Assembly (NCBI GenBank): GCA_963797095.1
Contig: CAWCNY010000003.1
Coordinates: forward strand, 352,001-416,000
Source: an uncultured Chloroflexia bacterium
GTDB taxonomy: Bacteria > Chloroflexota > Chloroflexia > QHBQ01 > JADMIH01
DNA: 64,000 nucleotides
Direction: 5' to 3'
Shown here: in pieces, positions 1 to 8,807 of the stretch
Numbering within the stretch: position 1 is the first letter of the stretch
How the letters are laid out: each line of letters starts with the position of its first letter
The notes under the pieces: generated by a model
The model's database searches: none
Told to the model about the DNA's origin: nothing
Seen by the model: the letters and a program-made list of their open reading frames with translations, nothing else
Program-made: the position numbers and the translations under genes

Positions 1-71
1 CTAAGCCGCGCATCACGCGCTGGGGAGAGCGTTCCTAACATATTCATCACGTCATAATGATGAACAAGCAT

Positions 72-103
72 AAGGGGTCGAGAGCACAACTCTCGACCCC
101 TCT
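72..103. terminator. GC-rich hairpin, possible terminator downstream of the MFS gene
   Basis: Inverted repeat AGGGGTCGAGAG/CTCTCGACCCCT. Confidence 0.4.
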
Positions 104-348
104 TTCCATCCAGATCGTGCGCGCAACTGCGAAGATATATGCCCTGCTAGGAGCGGACCCCCACCAGGCAACCACTGAATACCACCAACCAATAAGACCA
201 GAGCGCATAATCCCACAAGGACCACGCACCCCATTCACCATTCCCATCCACTAGAACCCAAAACCCAAAACCCCCAAAAACCTTCGTGCCCTTCGCCAAC
301 TCTTCGCATCTTCGTGTACAGGAAAACCCCAGTAAGCAATACGCAATA

Positions 349-1626
349 CTACTCAGCATGCGTATCCAACCTCCCCAACTTCCGCAGTTCCGGCGCAAGC
401 CAGGCCACCAGCCCCACCACCACCACCGTCCCCAACCCACCGGCCACCACCGCCCCCACGGTGCCGATTAACGCCGCCAGCACCCCCGACTCGAACGCCC
501 CCAGTTCGTTCGAGATCCCCACAAACACCGAATGCACCGAGTTTACCCGACCCCGCAACACGTCCGGCGTGCGCGTCAGCAGCAATGTCCCCCTGATCAC
601 CACGCTCACATTATCCAGCCCCCCGAGGAGAGCCAGCAGCGCCAGCGACAGCACAAAATCACGCGACACCCCAAACGCCACAGTCGCAAACCCGAACCCC
701 GTCACCACCAACAGCAGCGTGCGCCCGGCATACTTGAACGGTGGCCTCAGCGCAATAAACGGCACCGCCAGCACCGCCCCCACCGCCGGGGCTGCCCTAA
801 GCCACCCCAGCCCTTCGGCCCCCACGTGCAGAATATCCAGCGCAAACACAGGCAGCAGAGCAGTCGCCCCTCCCAGCAGCACCCCGAACATATCCAGCGT
901 GATCGAAGCCAGGATCACGGGCGTCCGCCGGATAAACTTCGCCCCCGCCAGCATCGATTGCAGATTGATCCGCTCCGTACTGCGCTCCACCGCGCGCGGG
1001 TGCATCAAACTCGCCAGCACCGCCACCACCAGCAACAGCCCCCCGGCGCACGCATACACCCAGGTCGCCCCGCCCCACACCGCGATCAAAACCCCCCCAA
1101 GCGCGGGCCCCAGAATAGCCGACGACTGCCACGCCCCACTCGACCACGTAGCAGCGTTGCCGTACAAGGCGGGAGGTACCACCTGCGCGCCCAACGCACT
1201 GAAAGCCGGGCTTTGGAACGACCTCGCCACCCCGATCCCGAACAACAGCCCATACACCACCGGCAGCGGCCCCTGGATCATCGAAATCCCAAACAGCCCC
1301 AGCACGCAAGCCGCGATCCCGCTCAAGGCCATCACCACGATCCACTTGCGTTCCCGGCGGTCGGCCACCTGCCCCGCAGGCAGCGCCAGCAGCAGCACCG
1401 GCACTATCTCCACCAGCCCGATCAACCCCAGCGACAGCGGGTCACCTGTGCGCAGGTACAACTCCCACCCTACCGCCACCCCCACCATCTGCTCGGCCAC
1501 CACCGCCAGGAAACTACCCAGCACCAGCAGCCGAAAATCACGAAAGCGCAGCGCCCCAAACGGGTCATGGCGCTGCGCTTCCAATCCCGGCAATCCGGGA
1601 ATCTCAGGCGTTTCTACAAGGCTCAC
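349..1626 (-). CDS. MFS transporter (DHA3/EntS-like)
   Basis: 425 aa with about 12 hydrophobic segments; motif-A-like GQVADRRERK; PDVLRGRVNS loop. Confidence 0.9.
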   Translation of the reverse strand: MSLVETPEIPGLPGLEAQRHDPFGALRFRDFRLLVLGSFLAVVAEQMVGVAVGWELYLRTGDPLSLGLIGLVEIVPVLLLALPAGQVADRRERKWIVVMALSGIAACVLGLFGISMIQGPLPVVYGLLFGIGVARSFQSPAFSALGAQVVPPALYGNAATWSSGAWQSSAILGPALGGVLIAVWGGATWVYACAGGLLLVVAVLASLMHPRAVERSTERINLQSMLAGAKFIRRTPVILASITLDMFGVLLGGATALLPVFALDILHVGAEGLGWLRAAPAVGAVLAVPFIALRPPFKYAGRTLLLVVTGFGFATVAFGVSRDFVLSLALLALLGGLDNVSVVIRGTLLLTRTPDVLRGRVNSVHSVFVGISNELGAFESGVLAALIGTVGAVVAGGLGTVVVVGLVAWLAPELRKLGRLDTHAE

Positions 1627-1652
1627 AATCTCTAATTATACAACCTTGCGAT

Positions 1653-3386
1653 CTACCCCACCAGCACGCTCTTGGTATGCCACCCCGTAGCACCGTCCGG
1701 GTACGTGTCCTGCGAATTCGAAGTCTGCACCTGCCCTGTGCCGTCGGTCGCCCTCACAACCAGCTTGTGCTCACCCGAAGTGGCAATCCACGGATACGTC
1801 CACTGTGTCCAGGCGTCCTTCCCAAGCGACGCTCTCAGGTTCGCATCCCCCCAGGTCTGCCCGCCGTCCGTGCTAACCTCCACGCGCTGTATCCCGCGAC
1901 TCCCCGCGAAGGCCACCCCACCTATATACACGGGTCCCGACGGCAGCCTGATATCCGGGTAGTCGATCCTCGACATCGTCTGGTACTCCGCCGTATCGCT
2001 CCATCCCTGCAACTCCCAGTAGCCCCTGAAGTCGCTGCTCGTAAGCTCAACCTCCGTAATCCACTTCACGTTCTTCATCCCGTAGATGTTCGGCACCAGC
2101 AGCCGCGTCGGGTATCCGTGCTTCGTCACCAGCGCCGCCCCGTTCATCTCATAGGCCAGCATACACCCGTTGTTCAGCGCCACCTCCAGCGGAATGCTAT
2201 CCGTATACCCATCCGCCGCAGTCATAACCACTTCCGTGGCGTTCGCCTTGGGTCCCGCCTTCTTCAGCATCTCCGCGAAGTCTACGCCCTTCCACTTCCC
2301 GTTGCTTATCAAACTCCCACCAACCGAGTTGCTGATGCATGCAAGCGTCTCCGTCCTCTCCTGCGAAGGCAGCGCCATCACGTCTTCCAGCGTAACTGTG
2401 TACGGATTGTCCACCAAACCCTTGAACGTCAGCGACCACGACCCACCATCCACCGTCGGGTCGATGATGTTCTTCGTAGTGATGTAGAAGTTCTCCACAG
2501 GCGTCACTTCAGGCACAAGCCGCGCCTTCACATCCGCGAAGCTATTTGACGGTGCTGGCGTGGCCTGCCCCCCGGCCACACTCGTTCCCTCAGGCATGGG
2601 CGTGGGTGTCCCTGTACTACCCGACACATCCACTTCCTCTACCGCCGCCACGGGAGGGGCCTGCAAAGCCTGCCGTATGATCACCCACAGCGCGCCACCG
2701 CCCAAAACAGCGACTGCTCCACCGCCCAGCACCTTCATGAAGTCGCGCCTCCCAGGCTCTGCAGGTCCATCCGCGGGCACCATCGCCATCTCGCCCTCAG
2801 CCCTTGCGGGCACGATACTCTTCCACGGCAGAAGCCCCACCAGCGTCAACCCGAACGCCAGGCTCAAGATGAACATATCCAGGAACACCGGCACCCCAAA
2901 CGGAGCCAGGTTCGAACCGTAAATCGCCTGCGCTATATCGGGAGGAGCTGTCACCATCTCCACCCGGGACCCGAAGAACCCTTGATCCACCAGCGGCAAG
3001 AACACAATGTTCAAGAACAACCCAAGCAATAGCCCGTACAGCACTCCCTGCACCCACTTCGGCTGATTCTCGAACGCCCGGAACGGCCAGAACCGCGCGA
3101 ACAGCCATCCCAATAGCCCGCCTAACAGCAGCGTGCCCTCCACAATCGACACCAGCAACAGTGCCTTCCCCCCGACCCCCACCGCGTTGATGATCTGCAA
3201 CTCCAACTGCCCGCCGGCCAGAGTGACCAGGCTGTTCTCCATCAACTCCGGGATCGAGATGGTGTTGGTTGTAAGCCGCAATACAGCCATCACCACCATC
3301 ATGGCGAGCGCCGCCCCAACGCCTGCCCCAAAACCCCCCTGGAGTCTCGTCGGTGTCATACTCCTCTTCTCAGTCATGTCGTCCAT
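1653..3386 (-). CDS. Membrane-bound molybdopterin-dependent oxidoreductase (sulfite oxidase family) with an internal twin-arginine motif
   Basis: N-terminal TM helices; RRDFMK plus helix; LACISN Mo-ligand Cys; HGYPTRLLVPNIYGMKNVKW; C-terminal Ig-like domain (VEVSTDGG, VRATD). Confidence 0.9.
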   Translation of the reverse strand: MDDMTEKRSMTPTRLQGGFGAGVGAALAMMVVMAVLRLTTNTISIPELMENSLVTLAGGQLELQIINAVGVGGKALLLVSIVEGTLLLGGLLGWLFARFWPFRAFENQPKWVQGVLYGLLLGLFLNIVFLPLVDQGFFGSRVEMVTAPPDIAQAIYGSNLAPFGVPVFLDMFILSLAFGLTLVGLLPWKSIVPARAEGEMAMVPADGPAEPGRRDFMKVLGGGAVAVLGGGALWVIIRQALQAPPVAAVEEVDVSGSTGTPTPMPEGTSVAGGQATPAPSNSFADVKARLVPEVTPVENFYITTKNIIDPTVDGGSWSLTFKGLVDNPYTVTLEDVMALPSQERTETLACISNSVGGSLISNGKWKGVDFAEMLKKAGPKANATEVVMTAADGYTDSIPLEVALNNGCMLAYEMNGAALVTKHGYPTRLLVPNIYGMKNVKWITEVELTSSDFRGYWELQGWSDTAEYQTMSRIDYPDIRLPSGPVYIGGVAFAGSRGIQRVEVSTDGGQTWGDANLRASLGKDAWTQWTYPWIATSGEHKLVVRATDGTGQVQTSNSQDTYPDGATGWHTKSVLVG

Positions 3387-3570
3387 AATACCCCCCGCTT
3401 CAATGCGAATTACTCAATATGGAAATGCCCATTACTATTACCCACCCATTCTATCGCACACAGGTTACACACTCTCTTACAGTTATTACACAGCTATTAA
3501 CAATACGCTCTATTACCCGCTTTCGATCTATTACCGACAGTGTAGATCACCTTACCGGCCTTGTCCATTC

Positions 3571-3579
3571 TGCTATAAT
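3571..3579 (+). promoter_or_regulatory. Extended -10 promoter element upstream of arcC
   Basis: TGCTATAAT in the AT-rich divergent intergenic region. Confidence 0.5.
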
Positions 3580-3663
3580 TAACGCTTGTGGAAACGCCCA
3601 TCGGACCTCAAGAATGGGTCGCCGGTAGTCGAAACAAGAAACTCGTTACTAAGGAAGACAGCG

Positions 3664-4647
3664 TTGTCTGACACACCCAACGTGCAAGCACGCAACTACA
3701 TAGAGACCCTGGTAGTTGCCCTGGGCGGGAATGCCATCCAGCAATCGGGCGACAAAGGCACCGCCGCCGAACAACTCGCCAACATAGTCAGCGCCATGAC
3801 CTCCGTAGCCGAGCTTGCCGACCGTGGCTATCGCGTCGTACTGACCCACGGCAACGGCCCTCAAGTCGGCACAATCCTCCTCCAGCAAGCCGCAGCCGAG
3901 GCTACGGAGGGCATCCCTTCCATGCCAATGGATGTTGCCGGGGCCATGACCCAGGGTGGGATCGGCTATATGATGCAACAATGCTTACAAAACGAGTTGC
4001 GTAAGCGTGGAAGGCCCTGGCCCGTCGCCACCGTTGTTACCCAGGTGGTCGTTGACAAAGACGACCCCGCCTTCGCCAACCCCACCAAGCCAATCGGCCC
4101 CTTCTACACCGCCGACAAAGCAGACGACCTGCGCGCAGAGGGCTACACAGTTGTTGAAGATAGCGGCAGAGGTTATCGCCGCGTGGTCCCCTCGCCCCAA
4201 CCCGCCGCACTCGCCGAAATCTACGCCATCCGCACCCTCGTCAATGCTGGTGCTCTGGTGATCTGCTCAGGTGGGGGCGGCATCCCCGTGGTTCGCGACG
4301 CGGATGGCCTGCTTCACGGCGTCGAAGCCGTCATAGACAAAGACCTCGGAGCGTCCCTCCTAGCCCAGCGTCTCGACGCCGACCGCCTGCTCATCCTCAC
4401 CAACGTCGAAAGGGTAGCGATCAACTTCCGCAAACCTGACCAACGCGACCTCGACACCGTCACAATCAAACAAATGAAGCAGTATATAGCCGAAGGCCAC
4501 TTCGCCGCTGGCAGCATGGGCCCCAAAGTACAAGCCGCCCTCGCCTTCGTAGAGTCGGGCGGCCAGGAAGCCATAATCACCCACCTGCACAGCGCTCTAC
4601 CCGCCCTGGAAGGCAAAACAGGCACGCACGTGGTACGCGATGCGTGA
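3664..4647 (+). CDS. arcC: Carbamate kinase
   Basis: VVALGGNA, THGNGPQVG, PTKPIGPFY, RRVVPSP, EAVIDKD, GSMGPK; TTG start after AAGGAAG (start inferred). Confidence 0.95.
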   Translation: MSDTPNVQARNYIETLVVALGGNAIQQSGDKGTAAEQLANIVSAMTSVAELADRGYRVVLTHGNGPQVGTILLQQAAAEATEGIPSMPMDVAGAMTQGGIGYMMQQCLQNELRKRGRPWPVATVVTQVVVDKDDPAFANPTKPIGPFYTADKADDLRAEGYTVVEDSGRGYRRVVPSPQPAALAEIYAIRTLVNAGALVICSGGGGIPVVRDADGLLHGVEAVIDKDLGASLLAQRLDADRLLILTNVERVAINFRKPDQRDLDTVTIKQMKQYIAEGHFAAGSMGPKVQAALAFVESGGQEAIITHLHSALPALEGKTGTHVVRDA

Positions 4648-4654
4648 TCTGGCG

Positions 4655-4719
4655 CGTACTTCGTACTGCTTATCTTATACTCGCTACTCGTCACTCGTCA
4701 CTCGTCACTCGTCACTCGC
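4655..4719 (+). repeat. Heptamer tandem repeat (ACTCGTC)n with CGTACT units
   Basis: Seen directly between arcC and argF. Confidence 0.85.
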
Positions 4720-4756
4720 AATAATCCTCTTTCGCCCATCAAGAAAGGAGCACACC

Positions 4757-5686
4757 TTGGCAGTAAGCATGAAAGGCCGCAGTTTCATCTCGGTAGCCGA
4801 TTTCACATCAGAGGAGATCTGGAACGTCTGGCAGTTAGCTGCCCAATTGAAAATGAAGCAGAAGATCGGCGAGCCACACCGCATCCTTGAAGGCAAGCAG
4901 CTTGCCATGATCTTCCAGAAGCCGTCCCTGCGCACCCAGGTCAGCTTCGAAACCGGCATGTCTCAGCTTGGAGGCCATGCTATCTTCCTCGGCCCCGATC
5001 ACATCCAGCTTGGCAAACGCGAGAGCGTGCCCGACGTAGCCCGTGTTCTCGGCAGGATGGTAGATGGCATAATGGCCCGCGTCTTCGCCCACAAAGACGT
5101 CGAAGAGCTTGCCGAGTACGCAGGCGTGCCCGTGATCAACGGCCTCTCAGATAGCGAGCACCCTTGCCAGGTCCTGGCCGATCTCTTCACCATCTGGGAG
5201 AAGAAGGGTCGCGTCGAAGGGGTCAATCTCACCTACATTGGCGACGGCAACAACGTAGCCGCCTCCCTCCTTCTCGCGGCGGCGCGTGTCGGCATGAACT
5301 GCACTCTCATATGTCCAGGCGGCTATAAGGTCCCATCTCACTATATACAGGTTGCCCGCGCGGACGCCGTCCACACCGGCTCACAACTGCGCTTCACCGA
5401 AGATCCAATGGATGTCGCAGGCAGCGACGTAATCTACACAGACGTGTGGGCCAGCATGGGACAGGAAGCCGAGGCCAAAGAGCGCGCCCACGTTTTCAAG
5501 CCCTACCAGGTAAACAAAGCCCTGATCGTGCAGGCCGGAGGCCTCCCGTTAGTGATGCACTGCCTGCCCGCCCATCGCGGTCACGAGATCACTGATGAAG
5601 TGATGGACAGTGCCCACTCCGTAGTGTTCGAGGAAGCCGAAAATCGCCTACATGTTCAGAAGGCAGTGATGGCCCTCCTCATTTAA
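4757..5686 (+). CDS. argF: Ornithine carbamoyltransferase
   Basis: KPSLRT, HPCQ, GDGNN, DVWASMG, HCLP, EAENRLH; TTG start after AAGGAG. Confidence 0.95.
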   Translation: MAVSMKGRSFISVADFTSEEIWNVWQLAAQLKMKQKIGEPHRILEGKQLAMIFQKPSLRTQVSFETGMSQLGGHAIFLGPDHIQLGKRESVPDVARVLGRMVDGIMARVFAHKDVEELAEYAGVPVINGLSDSEHPCQVLADLFTIWEKKGRVEGVNLTYIGDGNNVAASLLLAAARVGMNCTLICPGGYKVPSHYIQVARADAVHTGSQLRFTEDPMDVAGSDVIYTDVWASMGQEAEAKERAHVFKPYQVNKALIVQAGGLPLVMHCLPAHRGHEITDEVMDSAHSVVFEEAENRLHVQKAVMALLI

Positions 5687-5788
5687 TGGCCCTCAAGTAA
5701 TGGGCTTCAAGCCCGCTCCGCACAACCTTCTTACAGAAAACCTTGAAAGCCATGCCCATTTATGGGCTGTGGTTCGGCTGATAAAAGG

Positions 5789-5818
5789 TTGCTCATAGTC
5801 TCTCCTTTGTCGTATAAT
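5789..5818 (+). promoter_or_regulatory. Sigma70-type promoter inside the mini-IS
   Basis: TTGCTC-N18-TATAAT. Confidence 0.6.
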
Positions 5819-5823
5819 TGAAG

Positions 5824-6043
5824 TAACGTGGAAGCTAACCAATGCTACACGCCACTATTGCCTTCGGGTAGTAGTCCGCACTTTGATAATGCAAGATGTT
5901 AGCGGGTTGTTGCACGAAACCCTTGTGCAGCGTAAAAGCATCTTAGGTGTCTCCTATAGTGCAACCTTAATGGCATATGGATGAGTATGCATCGGTGCAA
6001 AACCGTAGAAGCTGCTGGCGTTTACGCCATGCGGAGTCATCAC
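5824..6043 (+). ncRNA. Putative structured ncRNA (omegaRNA-like) within the mini-IS
   Basis: cUUCGg hairpin 5854-5875; nested stems 5893-5900/5937-5944 and 5909-5917/5923-5931; right-end hairpin; no convincing ORF. Confidence 0.45.
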
Positions 6044-6594
6044 AAATCGACAGCAACCGTGCGTGTAGCGGTCCCGCGCCTGACCTCCAGGTTCGTACGG
6101 CCCGCGCTCAACCTGCCAAGCGTAGCGCTCAGGTCGTCCGCTGAACGCACAGGCGTGCCCCCCACCTGCACGATAATGTCACCGGCCCGTATCCCAGCTG
6201 CATCCGCAGGCGACCCCGGCCTCACCGCGCCGACATAAGCGCCCGGCACCGGGTCGCCGCCAGGTAACGCATACTTACTTGCATCCGCCACCTTCGCGCC
6301 TAGCAGCTTGCGCCCTCCTGGGCTACCTTCCGCCGCTTGCCCACCGTTCGCAGCCATCGAATTGATAATCCTCTCCAACCTGCGCTGGTCAAACCCGACC
6401 ACCACCTCACCCCCGATTACCGTCACAGGCACACCCTGCTGTCCTGACTTTCTGATCATCTCGATCGCGGCGGCCCTGTCCTGGTCCACGTACTTCTCTG
6501 TGTACGGCACCCCTCGCTGTGAAAGATACTCCTTCACACGATAGCACCACGGTCAGGTATGTGTTGAATACACCACTGCTTGCGTGTCGTCCAT
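6040..6594 (-). CDS. Selenocysteine-containing glutaredoxin (UPWC) fused to a C-terminal PDZ domain
   Basis: ATG 6594 with AAGGAG RBS; reads MDDTQAVVYSTHT-UGA-PWCYRVKEYL in frame into the 6040-6537 ORF; GQQGVPV and VVGFD glutaredoxin motifs; GSPADAAGIRAGDII PDZ motif. Confidence 0.88.
6518..6538 (-). promoter_or_regulatory. Putative bacterial SECIS hairpin
   Basis: UGUGAAGG-AGUAU-CUUUCACA stem-loop starting 14 nt after the in-frame UGA (6553-6555), with G early in the apical loop. Confidence 0.65.
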
Positions 6595-6666
6595 CGCTCA
6601 GTCTCCTTTACTTTGCCTCCCCTTCTGTCCCCGCAGATAACCGCACATTACCCATATTATGATAAC

Positions 6667-8598
6667 TCATAGCTTAGCAGAATGCATGCCCTGATTCGCC
6701 AGGACCTCACCGAGCGCCTCCTCAAAATCCCGCCAATCTGAGACAATCCCGATGTCACACATCTCAAAGATCGGCGCCTTACGATCCCGGTTCACAGCTA
6801 CAACAGTGCCGGCACGTATGGTTCCTGCCATATGATTGAAGTTGCCCTGCAATCCCAGCCCCACGTACACATTGGGCGCGACCGATCTCCCCGTAAGCCC
6901 TATCTGCTGTTGGCGCGGCAGCCACCCTTCATCCACCACTTTACGCGTACCACCAACCGCCACCTGATCGGGCCTCAGCCCCATCCACTCGCCCAAGCCC
7001 AAAGCCAGCTTATACACCTCCGGCAACGCCTCAGGCCCCCCGATCCCCATCCCCACGCACACAATCAGCCGGGCCGTGTCGAGCGCCATCCCCTCCTCCC
7101 CACCACCCTCAATCGACAACACCTTCACACGAGCATCAGGCAGCCCAGCCACATCAAGATTAGTGACACGGGGCACAACCACATCACCCATCGCGTAAAC
7201 CGGAAGCGCACCTGGGCGCAGCGTCGCCATATGAGGCAAGGTTCTGCTCAAAATCGGCGCGATCACCTGCCCACCAAACGCAGGCTTCAACCCGAGCAGA
7301 TGCCCCTCGCGATCCACCTCGAAACCAATACAATCCCCCGTCAATCCCAATCCCAGGCGAGCCGCTACTCTCGCAGCTACATCTCGCCCAAACGAGGTAG
7401 CCGGCACCAACACCGCCCACGGTTTGCGCTCCTCCATAGCCCTGCTCAATACCCACGCATAGCTCTCCACGTCCATAAACCGCAAACGTGGATCGTCGGC
7501 TAACAGAACTTGATCCGCACCGTGCCGCCCCAGCTCGGCTACCACACCTGCTCCAATCTCGCTACCAATCGCCACCGCGACCGCTTCGCCTCCAATCTCC
7601 GATGCTAACCTGGCTGCCTCATCAAGCAGTTCCACCGAAACAGGACGCAGTTTGAGATCACCGGCTTTCGTTGCAATGCCTGCTTTTCCCTCCTTTGGGC
7701 CGGCCAGAAACTCGGCAACAGCCCATACCGCCTTCTCAGGATCAGGAGCGCCGCTCTTGGAAGGCAAGGTCCTATCCTCGTCAAACTCTCTTGCATCACT
7801 CCCACGCGCCCCGAGATCTTCCAATTGCACCAGCAAGCTCTCAGCCGACGAAAGCGCATCTCCTTGCAGAATGATCCCCCTGCGATCCACCTCAACAGGC
7901 CGCAACGCGGCCACCCATGTCGGCGACCCCGACAGCCCAACCTCCTCGGCCTTCAATCCCAGGTCGTACGCGCTCCAGATCTCGATCAAACCTGGCTCTT
8001 CCGCGATCCGCCTTTCGCCCTCCGCGATAACAGGAGGCTTTGTCTTCACAGGCTTGATCAACTGTTCCGAGGCAGTAAGCAGCGCAGGAAATAGACACTC
8101 CACCTTCTCAAACCCGCTGTCCGTCTCCCTGACGATTATCAACTTATCCCCCAGCTGTTCGATAGCCGAAGCTCCGGTCACCTGCGGCAAATCGAGCATC
8201 TCAGCCAACTCCGGTCCCACCTGCCCCGTCTCCGAGTCCGTACTGAACTTACCCAGCAACAGCAGGTCGAACGACAGCCGCCTGAGCGCAGCGGCCAGCG
8301 TGCGCGCGGTCGCCAGCGTATCCGCGCCCGCGAAAGCCCTGTCCGTCAGGTGTATAGCCCGATCCGCTCCTCTACCTAGGCACTCGACAAGCGCTGCGCG
8401 TGCCTGAGGTGGCCCCATAGTGATCGCTATCACAGACCCGCCATATACCTCGCACAAACGCATGGCCTCCGTGAGCGCACGCTTATCATACGCATTGATC
8501 ACCGAGGTTACTCCCTCGCGCACCAGCGTGCGCGCCACAGGGTCATACCTCAACTCGTCGGTCTCAGGAACTTGCTTTATTGGAACAATGATCTTCAT
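6667..8598 (-). CDS. Fused electron transfer flavoprotein beta+alpha (FixA-FixB-like)
   Basis: N-terminal KQVPET...ADTLATA...DSETGQVG (beta); C-terminal LTGDC, PAFGG, QQIGLTGRSVAP, GNFNH (alpha). Confidence 0.9.
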   Translation of the reverse strand: MKIIVPIKQVPETDELRYDPVARTLVREGVTSVINAYDKRALTEAMRLCEVYGGSVIAITMGPPQARAALVECLGRGADRAIHLTDRAFAGADTLATARTLAAALRRLSFDLLLLGKFSTDSETGQVGPELAEMLDLPQVTGASAIEQLGDKLIIVRETDSGFEKVECLFPALLTASEQLIKPVKTKPPVIAEGERRIAEEPGLIEIWSAYDLGLKAEEVGLSGSPTWVAALRPVEVDRRGIILQGDALSSAESLLVQLEDLGARGSDAREFDEDRTLPSKSGAPDPEKAVWAVAEFLAGPKEGKAGIATKAGDLKLRPVSVELLDEAARLASEIGGEAVAVAIGSEIGAGVVAELGRHGADQVLLADDPRLRFMDVESYAWVLSRAMEERKPWAVLVPATSFGRDVAARVAARLGLGLTGDCIGFEVDREGHLLGLKPAFGGQVIAPILSRTLPHMATLRPGALPVYAMGDVVVPRVTNLDVAGLPDARVKVLSIEGGGEEGMALDTARLIVCVGMGIGGPEALPEVYKLALGLGEWMGLRPDQVAVGGTRKVVDEGWLPRQQQIGLTGRSVAPNVYVGLGLQGNFNHMAGTIRAGTVVAVNRDRKAPIFEMCDIGIVSDWRDFEEALGEVLANQGMHSAKL

Positions 8599-8807
8599 AG
8601 ATTGGTATTCTATCTTGGATTGGATCTTTTAGAAGAGACGAAAGCTATCACTAGCATACAACAAAGCCATCCGCAACCCCAATCGGCTGCAAGCTCAATA
8701 TGCATGACCTGCTTGACGCTGCTCCTCCCACTCCATATACTGACCTTGTAGCCTCGAAACTCAGGAGCGTCCGAGGCGCTCGCATTCATCGCCCGAAAGG
8801 AAACATC

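Larger units (their letters stand above)
5735..6043 (+). mobile_element. Non-autonomous IS200/IS605-family derivative (309 bp, no transposase or TnpB)
   Basis: Target tetramer TTAC at 5731-5734; left guide AAAG 5746-5749 with hairpin 5750-5772; right guide GAAG 6008-6011 with hairpin 6012-6034; terminal TCAC 6040-6043. Both pairs obey IS608-type guide/cleavage-site rules. Confidence 0.8.

Noticed and set aside
1-254. Short ORFs at the window start
   Set aside because: Overlapping 60-66 aa frames with no motif or RBS; cannot pick a real gene.
314-1690. 458-aa plus-strand ORF and similar long antisense ORFs (e.g. 18113-19315, 37922-39064, 48914-50179)
   Set aside because: Shadow frames of well-supported opposite-strand genes in GC-rich DNA.
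5747-6043. Alternative left junction of the mini-IS after TTGA
   Set aside because: TTAC at 5731-5734 matches the AAAG guide and restores the exact protein end, so it fits better.
6553-6555. In-frame TGA as a nonsense mutation
   Set aside because: It falls exactly on the catalytic Cys position and is followed by a SECIS-like hairpin; selenocysteine is the more likely reading.
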